Assembly (NCBI GenBank): GCA_963718915.1
Contig: CAVRAI010000001.1
Location: 90,001-122,000, forward strand
Reading direction: 5' to 3'
Source: an uncultured Chloroflexia bacterium
Lineage (GTDB): Bacteria; Chloroflexota; Ktedonobacteria; Ktedonobacterales; JADMIN01
DNA: 32,000 nucleotides
Shown: positions 1 to 8,789 of the stretch, piece by piece
How positions within the stretch are numbered: the stretch's first letter is position 1
How the letters are laid out: the number at the start of each line of letters is the position of its first letter
The notes under the pieces: generated by a model
What the model was told of the DNA's origin: nothing
Databases searched by the model: none
What the model saw: only the letters and a program-made list of their open reading frames with translations
Position numbers and translations under genes: made by a program

Positions 1-257
1 TAGCGCTTGGTCATGCGCCCGTCGCGGCGATGGTAGGCGTACCAGTACGCGCCGCCGCGCTGCACCTTCTCTTTGCGCAGCGTATCGATGTCGCCGGACG
101 CGCGCTGGAACGAGAACGAGGAAACGTCCGCCAGCCAGGCGAACCAGCCAGGCGTATCCGGCGCGACGGATGGGCGGAGCGGCGCGTTCTGCTGCCATAG
201 CTCATAGGCGCCGCGTTCCGGCGACCAGCGGAGCAGGTTATTCGCGCGACGCGGCAT
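1..257 (-). CDS. 5' part (N-terminus) of a putative transcriptional regulator; the gene continues beyond the window start
   Basis: Frame is open from ATG (complement of 255-257) to the window edge. A GGAGGAG Shine-Dalgarno lies 6 nt upstream (complement of 264-270). The translation MPRRANNLLRWSPERGAYELWQQN...GWFAWLADVSSFSFQRASGDIDTLRKEKVQRGGAYWYAYHRRDGRMTKR has ordinary composition, unlike the Arg-rich track ORF 11..298 in another frame. The W..WL / F.F / RKE / YWYAY pattern reminds me of N-termini of large LuxR/MalT-type regulators; this is from memory only. Confidence 0.5.
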   Translation of the reverse strand, partial: MPRRANNLLRWSPERGAYELWQQNAPLRPSVAPDTPGWFAWLADVSSFSFQRASGDIDTLRKEKVQRGGAYWYAYHRRDGRMTKR

Positions 258-312
258 CGGCTGCTCCTCCTGTCGATTGCTGTTATGCTACCTAACACGC
301 CTTTTGTTCAAT

Positions 313-341
313 AATATAAACGATGATATTCATTTTTTCAA
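313..341 (-). promoter_or_regulatory. Candidate sigma70-type promoter for the regulator gene at 1..257
   Basis: On the minus strand the sequence reads TTGAAA (complement of 336-341), a 17-nt spacer, then TATATT (complement of 313-318). It lies in an AT-rich island about 55 nt upstream of the ATG at 257. Confidence 0.45.
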
Positions 342-633
342 GTACGGCTCCATGCCGTCCAGCCTGGTAACTTTGGCCCGGAGATAGAGGCGCTGGCGGC
401 GCAGGAGTATACTAAGCCTACTCATCATGTATAGCCAACTATTGGCATATTACCGGATAGATGCTATTCTCTTGGTATGAAATTAAGTTCGTATGTTCGT
501 TAGAACGAGATTACTTCCCAGGGCCGCACGGTCCTGGGAGCGGGAAGGCCGACAGCCCGGACACCAGCAGCCACCGGGACAAGTACCGTGATTCCTGACC
601 AGTCAGATCAGGTAGGCCAAGTAGAGAGCGAGG

Positions 634-1945
634 ATGCGGATGCAGCTGGTCGAGCAACACCGAATTGATCGGCACGACCCGCGCTTTACGGCCATCGACG
701 CCGCCACCTTCGCCAGTAAGAACCTCTACAACGCCGCGCTATACGCCACGCGGCAAGCCTACATCCACCAGAGCCAGCTGGTCGTGGCGTACCCCGCCCT
801 CGACAAACTGCTGCAAGGAACTGAGGAATACCGCTCCTTGCCAGCCAAAGTCGCGCAATGGGTACTCAAGCAGGTCTGCGCCGCCTGGGACAGTTATTTC
901 GCCGCCGTGGCCGCGTGGCAACGCAACCCAAGCAAGTTCCTCGGCCATCCCAAATTGCCGAAATACCTGAACAAACAGGGGCGCAACCTGCTGGTCTACA
1001 CTGCGCAAGCCATCAGCCGTGACCTCAAAAACGCTGGCTGGGTCGTCCCATCCGGCCTCGACATACGGGTAGCCACCAAGCTCCAACGAGGAGATCGATC
1101 AGGTCCGCCTCGTTCCGCACGCCACCCACTACACGATGGAGGTTATTTATGAACGAGAACTCCTGCCGCTGTGGACCCTGCCTGGTCGCGGGCATTGATC
1201 TGGGGGTCAACAATCTGGCGGTGATAACAGCAAATCAGCCGGGCTTTACGCCCCTTCTGGTCAACGGTCGTCCGCTCAAAGCGTTGAACCAATGGTATAA
1301 CAAGGTCCCGCAGGCGCGGCTCACTATAAGCCCTGCTCCCCGAAGGGCAGCACACCTCGCGCCCCCTCGATGTGCTGGCGGACGCCCGTAACCGCGCCAT
1401 CGCTTCTTATCTCCATACGGCCAGCCGCCCCATTATCAATCGTCTGGTGCAGAAGTATCGGGACGCTAGTGATTGGTAAGAACGTCGGATGGAAACAAGC
1501 GGTGAACATGGGGAAGAGGAACAATCAAGCGTTTGTCTTCCTGCCACATGCGCGCTTCACGGAATTGCTGATCTACAAAGCGGAACTGGTGGGTATCCAG
1601 GTGGTGCTGGCCGAGGAGAGTTACACCAGCAAGGCCAGTTTCCTCGATGGCGACCCGCTACCGGTCTATGGCGCAGTGGACAGCCCACCCAGCACGAACA
1701 CGCCAACTCCGATATTTAGCGGGAAGCGGGTCAAGCGTGGCATGTATCGCGCGGCGGATGGACGCCATATCAACGCGGATGTGAATGGCTCCTACAACAT
1801 CTTGCGCAAGGCGTTTCCCAATTCCTTCGCTCAGGCCGTCGCGCAGAATATGGCTCAGGTGAAGATCCATCCCATCCACCTTCTATTGCCTGATCGACGT
1901 CAAGATCGGCGCAAGCAGTCCCGAACGCTGTGCGCAACGGGATAG
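634..1945 (+). pseudogene. tnpB: IS200/IS605-family TnpB (OrfB, RNA-guided nuclease family) gene disrupted by four frameshifts; no tnpA nearby
   Basis: Track ORFs 634..1152, 1149..1391 and 1370..1945, plus segments in other frames, join into one TnpB-like protein. Recognisable segments are ..SKNLYNAALYATRQAY.., NEEIDQVRLVPHATHYTMEVIYERE, RuvC-I 'AGIDLGVNNLAV', LKALNQWYNK and LDVLADARNRAIASYLHTASRPIINRLVQKY. They continue with IGTLVIGKNVGWKQ..GKRNNQAF, RuvC-II 'EESYTSK' and RuvC-III 'INADVNGSYNILRKA'. The frame steps 1->2->0->1->2 at about 1081-1086, 1180-1190, 1325-1330 and 1462-1466. Confidence 0.85.
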
Positions 1946-2093
1946 TGGCTGTTGTGGTCAGCCTGCTGAAAAAGCGAAGCCAGGGAATACGCGGTTATTC
2001 CAAGGTGTACTATACTCTTGCATGGAACGTGCACGTATGGGACTGCCATCGTCATCGTCTCACTGAACTCAACACGTCGCAGGAGCGCCTGTC

Positions 2094-2870
2094 ATGTCTG
2101 ATATCGCCCTCTTCGAGCTGCTGGCCGCCATCTGCGCGCTGGTGGCTGCCGTCTTCATCTTCGATCAACACCTGCACCGCCCGCGTCCCTTCAAGCTGAT
2201 GTGGTCGCTGGGCCTGCTCTTCTATGGCATCGCCGCCGCCGCCGCCTTCGCGGGCGCCGTTGACCACTGGACGGTGCTCGAATACAAGCTCTGGTACTAC
2301 TTCGGCGGCATCATGACCGCGGCCTTTCTGGGGCTTGGCTCGTGCTACCTGCTGGCCCCGCGGCGCGTGGCGCAGGGTTTCGCCACCGTGATGATCATCC
2401 TCGCCGTCTACGCCGCCGTGCGCATCGCCCTCTACCCCGTCCCGGCGGATGTCGCCGCGCAGATTGCCAACTCCACCTTTACTGAGGTTACTACCCCCGC
2501 GACATTGCCCGTCTTCCCCGGTGATCTGACTATTGTCGCCATTGTGATGAACATTACCGGCACGTTCTGGCTCCTTGGCGGCGCGCTCTGGAGCGCCTGG
2601 ACCTTTATACGCAGGCGTACGCCCGGCTATCGCGTCATCTCGATGGCGCTGCTGGCGCTGGGCGCGCTCTTTCCCGCTATACTCACAGGGCTGGCTCGGC
2701 TCGGTTATAGCGCCGCCGCGCCGCTGGGCGAGTTTCTCGGCGCGGTCTGCCTGCTGGCCGGGCTGCTCATCAGCCTGGATGTCTTCAGCGTCTTCCGCAT
2801 CCCCTTTACCTCGATTGTGCTGCGCGAGCGACGCCCGGCCCAATCATCGGCGACGGCCAGCCACTCGTAA
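2094..2870 (+). CDS. Integral membrane protein, unknown function (about 7 hydrophobic helices)
   Basis: 258-aa ORF with repeated hydrophobic stretches (LLAAICALVAAVFIF, LGLLFYGIAAAAAFAGAV, VMIILAVYAAV, TGTFWLLGGALWSAW and others). The antisense track ORF 2052..2843 is Arg/Gly-rich shadow. Confidence 0.75.
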   Translation: MSDIALFELLAAICALVAAVFIFDQHLHRPRPFKLMWSLGLLFYGIAAAAAFAGAVDHWTVLEYKLWYYFGGIMTAAFLGLGSCYLLAPRRVAQGFATVMIILAVYAAVRIALYPVPADVAAQIANSTFTEVTTPATLPVFPGDLTIVAIVMNITGTFWLLGGALWSAWTFIRRRTPGYRVISMALLALGALFPAILTGLARLGYSAAAPLGEFLGAVCLLAGLLISLDVFSVFRIPFTSIVLRERRPAQSSATASHS

Positions 2871-2901
2871 TCGTTGGTGTGATTCGCAAGGAGAGATCGA
2901 C

Positions 2902-3763
2902 TATGCGGACCCGCATCGCCGCGACACTGCTGTGCCTCTTGCTGGCATTCTCGCTGGCCGCCTGTGTCCAGGCTGATCGCACCGTCGTACTCAACAGCGA
3001 CGGGTCCGGCGTCTACACCTTTACGGTGGGGATATCGGACCAACTGGTCACCCTCGGCGGCAGCTCCCTGGCCAAGAGTATGGATGACTTTGGCACGAGC
3101 GCTCAGCAGGGCGGCGGGAGCTTTAGCCGCTACGAGGCGAACGGTTTCAGCTACTGGAAGTATGTGCGCCCGTTCCACTCGGTGAATCAGCTCAATACCT
3201 TCCTGACGGAATCGCCACAGACCAGCGCCACGACCGGCTCGTCGGGCGTCTCCGCAAGTGATCCCCGGAATATGCTGAATGTGGTAGACAACGCGGGCTT
3301 CTTCAGCTCGACATTCCACGCTACCGGCTACCTGAGCCTTGTAATTCCCAATGCGGATCAGTCCACGCGCGACCTGCTCAAGGACGCGCGCCTCTCGGTC
3401 GCCATCACCATGCCCAACTGGGTGAGCGAGCAGCATGGTGGCAATTTGAACGGCAACACCGTGACCTATACCGTCAACTTTGGCCAGTCCGCGACGATCG
3501 ATGTCACCGGGGGCGGCTATAACACGCCACATATCGCGCTGGTCGCGGGCGGCGTCCTCCTGGCGCTGGCGCTCTTCGTCGTCGGGATATTCCTGCTCTG
3601 GCGCGGCAATCGCCTCTCGTCTAAACCAGCCGCCTACGCCTCGACCTCGCCCTACTATATGCCCACCCAGCCGAGCGGCGAGACGACTTTCCCCGCGACG
3701 CCCGACTACCCGGCGGATCTCCCCGCCACCCGTGCCGAGTCCACAACACCCACACCGGAGTAG
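2902..3763 (+). CDS. Lipoprotein with a C-terminal transmembrane anchor and Pro-rich tail, unknown function
   Basis: I prefer the ATG at 2902 to the track GTG at 2879, because AAGGAGAG lies 7-8 nt upstream. The N-terminus MRTRIAATLLCLLLAFSLAAC is a signal peptide with a lipobox (LAAC). A C-terminal TM segment (ALVAGGVLLALALFVVGIFLLW) is followed by a P/T/S-rich tail. Confidence 0.8.
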
Positions 3764-3841
3764 CTATCCACGTACCTCTCTGCCGATCAGGCGCGAGCGG
3801 ATGCCTTTGAATATCACCACGCGCACAGGTGGCTAGCGCCG

Positions 3842-3991
3842 AGCGAGTGAATGCCGTTTAGGCTGGGTCGTTGCCGTTGGGGTGGGCCGACCGCAGCCTG
3901 AAGGCTGCGGCTAATTTCCCCGCCCCATTCGCCGTAGCGTTCACGCTACGGTCGGCTCCCAAGGACAACAATCCAAACGAAATCAGTATGA
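3842..3991. repeat. MITE-like ~150-bp structured repeat, copy A (same family as 16549..16701)
   Basis: It aligns by hand with 16549..16701 in the same orientation. Two conserved hairpins are present: CCGCAGCC-TGAA-GGCTGCGG (3891-3910) and CCGTAGCG-TTCA-CGCTACGG (3932-3951). The right end TCCAAACGAAATCAGTATGA is conserved; the left end carries a degenerate inverted copy. Intergenic location. Confidence 0.7.
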
Positions 3992-4267
3992 ATGCCGTGC
4001 GCTGACTGTTGTGGCGCATTTCCGCGCCTATTCGCTGGCGGGTTCCAGCGCGTTTCCCCGGACGACAACACCTCAGCCGAACTCGGTATGACGCTGTATT
4101 CCGAACGGTTATTGTTGTTGACATCACCTGCTACACTTGCTATAGAACTCAGTCGTTTCCACAATCGTATCAACCTTCCATGCTTCTTGACTGACAGTTG
4201 ACTGGCCAGCTATTGCTTCTCCGACGCCTTCATTGTAAATGGGCCATTCATCGTAAGGAGAAAGACT

Positions 4268-5611
4268 GTGGATTCTACGTCACCGAGCCAGCCCAGACCC
4301 TTGATAGCTATCCAGTTGGAGGGCGGCGACTGGCTATCCCTCTACCCGACATATGTAGCGATTGGACAACAATCCATTTGGCTCGTTGATTTGGTAGGAT
4401 CAGGAATCGATGTCGCTCCATCCGCTTCCCCACCAGGAGCCGTCGCAACGATTCTCCTTGGCGTACGGAGTGGGCACAGATATACGCTGACGCCAGCGCA
4501 CCCCGAGCAGGCAGCGCAGTTTCTGGACGCGCTTTACAGCATACGACCGGATTTACGTCCGCCGACGCAACCGCTGACAGGCGGACAGCCCGGCGCGGCG
4601 CGCTCGCCAATAACCCAGCCGCTGATCCGCAACGCGATGGCTAAAGCGCAGGAGGGGCTGCGCGCCGCCAAACCCCTGGCGCAGAAAGCGAAGGATAAGG
4701 CGCAGGAGGGACTGCGCGCGGCGAAGCCTGCCGTTGATGGGGCTGTGGCCAAGGCGCAGGAGGGACTGCACGCCGCCAAACCCGTCGTCGATGGCGCGAT
4801 AGCAAAAGCCCAGGAAGGGCTGCACGCGGCCAGGCCCGCTGTTGATGGCGCTGTAGCCAAAGCCCAGGAGGGGCTGCATGCCGTCAAGCCCATGGCGCTG
4901 AATGCGCTGGACAATGCCAGGGAAGGGGCCAAAGCAGGGCTGGCCAAACTGCCCGATGTGCAGATTCAGATTATCACACCCAGCCAGTCAGAGAATCAGG
5001 TATCGCCTGTCCAGGATGCTGAGGTGGTAGATGGCCAGCTTGTGGAGGTTCCAGCCGACCGGCGCGTCGCCAGGGTGAAAGTAGCATTGAAGCCGCGTCG
5101 TACAAAACCACCTCGCAAGCCAAGAATCAACTCCACGAAGCTGCTGGCTGGTTTCAGCCATCTCACCGGCTTGTTGCCGCTCATGGTTGTTCCACTCATC
5201 CTGTGGCAGACACTCCAGAATCGCAAGCCATTTGTGGCAAATCATGCCAAACAGGCGTTCTTTTTCCAGGTCATCGCCTTTGTTCCACTTGCGATTCTAT
5301 CCGCTGCCTTTCTCGCAGTCGCGGCGGTGTACTATGCTAAGGTGCATGATGACCTCATTTCATTCATTAGTTCCATTATTGCCGCCGCCGTCTTGAAGAT
5401 TCTCAATCCTAACGCGCCACCACCACCAATCGATCCAACAACGGACATTCACCTTACCATTGCAAGTGCTGTGCTGCTCTTTGTCCTCTTCTTGATGTGG
5501 ACGTTCATTTCAACCTTTACGCTTCTCTCTATTACCCTCGCCAGCATCAGAGGCTTCCAGGGCAAAGCATTTCACTACCCATTCCTTGGGCGCCTATGGA
5601 AAAAAGTTTGA
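4268..5611 (+). CDS. Membrane protein: N-terminal soluble domain, five 18-aa tandem repeats, C-terminal DUF4870-like membrane domain
   Basis: GTG start with AAGGAG 5-10 nt upstream. Repeats have the form KAQEGL[RH]AAKP.VDGA.A. The C-terminus LLAGFSHLTGLLPLMVVPLILWQTLQNRKPFVANHAKQAFFFQVIAFVPL matches my memory of the DUF4870 signature (..HL....P.I.W......FV..HAK.A..FQ.). More hydrophobic helices follow. Confidence 0.8.
   Translation: MDSTSPSQPRPLIAIQLEGGDWLSLYPTYVAIGQQSIWLVDLVGSGIDVAPSASPPGAVATILLGVRSGHRYTLTPAHPEQAAQFLDALYSIRPDLRPPTQPLTGGQPGAARSPITQPLIRNAMAKAQEGLRAAKPLAQKAKDKAQEGLRAAKPAVDGAVAKAQEGLHAAKPVVDGAIAKAQEGLHAARPAVDGAVAKAQEGLHAVKPMALNALDNAREGAKAGLAKLPDVQIQIITPSQSENQVSPVQDAEVVDGQLVEVPADRRVARVKVALKPRRTKPPRKPRINSTKLLAGFSHLTGLLPLMVVPLILWQTLQNRKPFVANHAKQAFFFQVIAFVPLAILSAAFLAVAAVYYAKVHDDLISFISSIIAAAVLKILNPNAPPPPIDPTTDIHLTIASAVLLFVLFLMWTFISTFTLLSITLASIRGFQGKAFHYPFLGRLWKKV
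4643..4912 (+). repeat. 54-bp tandem repeat (about 5 units) inside CDS 4268..5611
   Basis: Units begin at 4643, 4697, 4751, 4805 and 4859 (the last is degenerate). Each starts AAG/AAA GCG/GCC CAG GAG GGx CTG and encodes KAQEGL.AAKP....A. Confidence 0.85.
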
Positions 5612-5750
5612 TCGCATCCTGCACACATGTGGCGTGCGGGCGGTGAGCGCGTGCTGGATGTTGGCCGCCTCCGTGCGGAATCATCGACACGCTCTGCCTT
5701 TTCGGGACAGCGGCTGCTCTGCTACACTGAGCCATGACGAACTTCTGTCT

Positions 5751-6470
5751 ATGCGTATGGAGGTATCTGGTCATGGCTTCACAACCACTCCTGCGGGAGT
5801 GCCCCGCCGTATCTGGTTCACGGTGGGCGGCGTGCTGCTTGCCGCGCTGGTCGCGTTTCTCGGTGGCCTCGATGTCTATCTGTATGAGGACGGCAGTCCA
5901 TTTGCCCATGCCGCCTATCGCGCCGCGCCCTTCCTTGACCTGAGCTTCTCGTTGATCTACGTAACAGCGCTGGCTATCGGCGTGGCAGCGATGATAGTGC
6001 TCGCACGGCTCGTGCTGGCGGCGAGCGGGTCGGCGCATCCAGGCGTGGGCGATCTGGTTGCGTTGCCGCTGCTCGTCTTCGGCGCACCACTGGCGTTCTG
6101 GGGCATCGCGCTTCGCCAGCCAGGAACGTTTCTGTCGCTGGCGCTACTACTGGCGGGTGCTGTGACACTCATGCTGCTGGTGACACGGCTGGCGACCACG
6201 CGACTGTTGCGATTGGCTGTGGGCCATCCAGTCGCTGCGGTGCTGGGCGCATGTGCCGGGCTGGTCACGTTGCTGCTGGTAGATGGCGGCTTGATGCTGG
6301 CGCATGTGCTGGTGCTACACGCCGCTGGCCCCGATCTCTACGCCACGACGATGGTCGGCGGGTCGGGCGTCAGCGAACTGGTGATTGCATTCGGACTCGT
6401 GGCGGTCCTGACCTGTCTCGCCGGTTTTCAGGTGGTGCGCGGCAGCCTCACCAGCTCGCCTGCCTCGTAG
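5751..6470 (+). CDS. Integral membrane protein, unknown function
   Basis: Hydrophobic helices run from IWFTVGGVLLAALVAFLGGL onward. The track start at 5586 adds a Cys/Arg-rich, non-protein-like extension overlapping the previous gene, so I prefer ATG 5751 (MRMEVSGHGF..). Start uncertain. Confidence 0.65.
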   Translation: MRMEVSGHGFTTTPAGVPRRIWFTVGGVLLAALVAFLGGLDVYLYEDGSPFAHAAYRAAPFLDLSFSLIYVTALAIGVAAMIVLARLVLAASGSAHPGVGDLVALPLLVFGAPLAFWGIALRQPGTFLSLALLLAGAVTLMLLVTRLATTRLLRLAVGHPVAAVLGACAGLVTLLLVDGGLMLAHVLVLHAAGPDLYATTMVGGSGVSELVIAFGLVAVLTCLAGFQVVRGSLTSSPAS

Positions 6471-6550
6471 CCCGCCGCGTAAGCCATGCGCGCTATGCTA
6501 TACTCGCCATAGAGCCACCCTGCCTGCCGCGATCCCGGAAGGAGCCAGCC

Positions 6551-7409
6551 GTGCAGCGTCCCTTGATTCCACCACCATTCGATGCCGACGCCGCTGAATA
6601 TGCCATCGCCACGGGGGTCGTGGATGTGCATGCCGAGCCTGAGAGCGCGTCCGAAGTGGTGACGCAGGCGCTGCTCGAATACACCGCTCGTGCCGCTAGA
6701 TGCCGCCGAAGGCTGGCGCGCCGTGCAACTGCCCGACTATGCCGGATGGATACCAGAGGCCGTGCTGGCGACACGCGCCCCGGCCAGCGAACAGGTAGTT
6801 GTCGTCACAGCATTATACGCGCCGCTCTATGAGACGCGCGATGCGCAACAGTCCATTGGCGAGGTCTACGCCACGACGGCGCTGCCATTGCTGGCGGATG
6901 CGCCCGCTGGATCGCGTGTCGGCGTCGCGCTGCCCGGTGGGCGCTCCGGCTGGCTCGATGCTGTGGATTGCGCTGTGCGGCCCGCAAGCGAGCCATTTCC
7001 ACCATGTACGTTAGACGAGATGCTGGCGTTTGGCCGGAGCCTGCTCGGCGTCCCGTATCTCTGGGGCGGCGGTACCGCGCGCGGACTCGACTGCAGCGGG
7101 CTGGCGCAACTCTGCTACCGCTACGCGGGCGTTACCATCCTGCGCGACGCCGACCAGCAATATGCCAGCATCCCCTATGTGGTGGAGCGCGGCGACCTCT
7201 GCGCGGGTGATCTGGCCTTCTTCGCGCGCGCTGGGCATATTGTCCACGTCGGTATCTTGCTCGACGCCAGCTACATGTTGCACGCCGATGGCTCGGTACA
7301 CCATCAGGTGACGATCAACGCGCTCGACCCTGATCGCGAGGACTTTAGCGCCCGGTTGGCGCACCTCTACGCGGGCGCGCGACGTCCGCTCCCAAAGGCG
7401 AGATTGTAA
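6551..7409 (+). CDS. SH3b + NlpC/P60 (C40) cell-wall peptidase, with an apparent frameshift near 6677
   Basis: The C-terminal ORF (track 6690..7409) carries the NlpC/P60 core GVPYLWGGGTARGLDCSGLAQ...GDLAFF..GHIVHVGILL (Cys/His motifs). The SH3b-like first half (VVDVHAEPESASEVVTQALL) sits in another frame, starting at GTG 6551 behind GGAAGGAG. The second half (NTPLVPLDAAEGWRAVQLPDYAGWIPEAVL) is in the frame of the catalytic domain. Confidence 0.8.
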
Positions 7410-8219
7410 ATGGCCGAGACGCCCGCAACACCCACTGACAACTCCGGCGCGCTCACCCAGACGCTCGACGACATGCTCCAGCCGCTGGGCGGGCGTACCG
7501 CGCTGGCCGCGCAATGCTTCACTGGCAAGAAAGTGGCGATTCGTCTGCGCGCGGATGAGGCATTCCCGGCGGCGAGCCTCGCCAAGCTACCGATTGCCAT
7601 CGAACTGATGCGGCGGATAGACCTCGGCCAGTTTGCCCGCGACGAGCGTTTCGACACCTCGGATGAGCCACGCGCGGGCGGTGGCGGCGTCCTCGATCTG
7701 CTCAACCCCGCCACCTCGCTGACACTGGACGACCTCTGCACGCTGATGCTGATCGTCAGCGACAACACCGCCGCGAATTTCCTGATGGGCCTGCTCGGCA
7801 TGGGCGAGATCAACGAGACGATGAGCCGTCTCAAGCTATCGAAAACACATCTGGCGCGGCGCTTCATGGATATGGCGGCGCGGGCGGCCCACCGCGATAA
7901 CGTGACGACGGCGGGCGAGACGCTGACACTGCTCACACTGATTCGCGGCGGCGCACTGCCCGGCGGGCGGCGTATCGCGGAGATGCTGGCTGGACAACAA
8001 CTCTTCGACGAACTGGCGGACTGGCTGCCAACCGACGCCCACCTGGGGCACAAAAGCGGCTCGCTCGACGACACCTTCGCCAATGCTGGGCTGCTCAGCG
8101 GGCCAGGTGGCGCCTTCGCCTACGTTATCCTGACGACTGAACAAGGCAACATTCCCGCCGCCCGCGCCGCCATCTGCCGCGCCGTGCGCGCGCTGTGGGA
8201 CGCCTGGTGCGCTGAATAA
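7410..8219 (+). CDS. Class A beta-lactamase-fold serine hydrolase, no signal peptide
   Basis: Motifs are SxxK (SLAK), SDN (VSDNTAANF) and KSG (HKSGSL). The ATG directly follows the TAA of the upstream gene. There is no N-terminal hydrophobic signal, and I could not find an E-x-x-L-N omega-loop motif. Confidence 0.8.
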   Translation: MAETPATPTDNSGALTQTLDDMLQPLGGRTALAAQCFTGKKVAIRLRADEAFPAASLAKLPIAIELMRRIDLGQFARDERFDTSDEPRAGGGGVLDLLNPATSLTLDDLCTLMLIVSDNTAANFLMGLLGMGEINETMSRLKLSKTHLARRFMDMAARAAHRDNVTTAGETLTLLTLIRGGALPGGRRIAEMLAGQQLFDELADWLPTDAHLGHKSGSLDDTFANAGLLSGPGGAFAYVILTTEQGNIPAARAAICRAVRALWDAWCAE

Positions 8220-8244
8220 CCGATGGTTCGAGAAAGGTTGAGCC

Positions 8245-8787
8245 ATGCTGGTGCTGCCCTATCGCGGCATCTGGCCGCGCATCGCTGAGGACGCCTTCAT
8301 CGCGCCAACGGCGGTGATCGTCGGCGATGTCACCATCGAGTCGGGAGCGAACATCTGGTTCGGCGCGGTGCTGCGCGGCGATACCGCGCCCATACACATC
8401 GGGCCGCGCACCAATGTGCAGGACGGCTGCGTGCTGCATACCGACGAGGGCGCGCCAGCCACCGTCGGCGCGGAGTGCACGCTGGGTCACGGCGCGATTG
8501 TGCATGGCGCGACGATTGGCGATGGCACGCTGGTTGGCATGCGCGCCACGGTGCTCAATCTGGCGGTGGTGGGCGCGGGCTGCCTGATCGCCGCCGCGAC
8601 GCTCGTGCCCGAAGGCAAGCAATTTGCTGACGGCCTGATGGTGATGGGCGCGCCGGGCAAAGCGATACGCGCGGTGACTGAGGCCGAACGGACACGTATC
8701 CGTGAAGGTGTCGCCCACTATCTCGACTACGCCCGCGAGTATGCCGCCGCCCTGGCTATAGTAGCGCAACGTGAGAAGGAGCAATAA
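8245..8787 (+). CDS. Gamma-carbonic-anhydrase-like / hexapeptide-repeat (PaaY/YrdA-like) protein
   Basis: The N-terminus has the form ..P.I...AFIAPTAVIVGDVTIE.GANIWFGAVLRGD...I.IG.RTNVQDGCVLH, followed by further left-handed beta-helix hexapeptide repeats. Confidence 0.8.
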   Translation: MLVLPYRGIWPRIAEDAFIAPTAVIVGDVTIESGANIWFGAVLRGDTAPIHIGPRTNVQDGCVLHTDEGAPATVGAECTLGHGAIVHGATIGDGTLVGMRATVLNLAVVGAGCLIAAATLVPEGKQFADGLMVMGAPGKAIRAVTEAERTRIREGVAHYLDYAREYAAALAIVAQREKEQ

Positions 8788-8789
8788 CC

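Noticed and set aside
11-298. Track ORF (95 aa, minus strand) at the left edge
   Set aside because: It is Arg/Ser/Ala-rich with no RBS. A different minus-strand frame starting at 257, with a GGAGGAG Shine-Dalgarno, gives a normal-looking protein that stays open to the window edge.
345-633. Search for a tnpA (Y1 or serine recombinase) gene or fragment upstream of tnpB
   Set aside because: There is no ORF with HUH/Tyr or recombinase motifs in any frame. The region contains only short hairpins and is treated as the IS left end or a leader.
2052-2843. Long antisense ORFs opposite well-supported genes. Examples: 2052..2843, 2705..3532, 7367..8083, 8125..8784, 12396..13112, 13109..13873, 14159..15118, 15173..15877, 21379..22431, 27104..28057 and 28097..28966.
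   Set aside because: These are typical high-GC shadow ORFs. They are extreme in Arg/Ala/Gly/Pro/Ser, lack RBSs, and each fully overlaps a gene with clear family motifs on the other strand.
5586-5750. N-terminal 55 codons of track ORF 5586..6470
   Set aside because: It overlaps the 3' end of the previous gene and is Cys/Arg/His-rich and non-hydrophobic. The membrane protein proper begins near ATG 5751.
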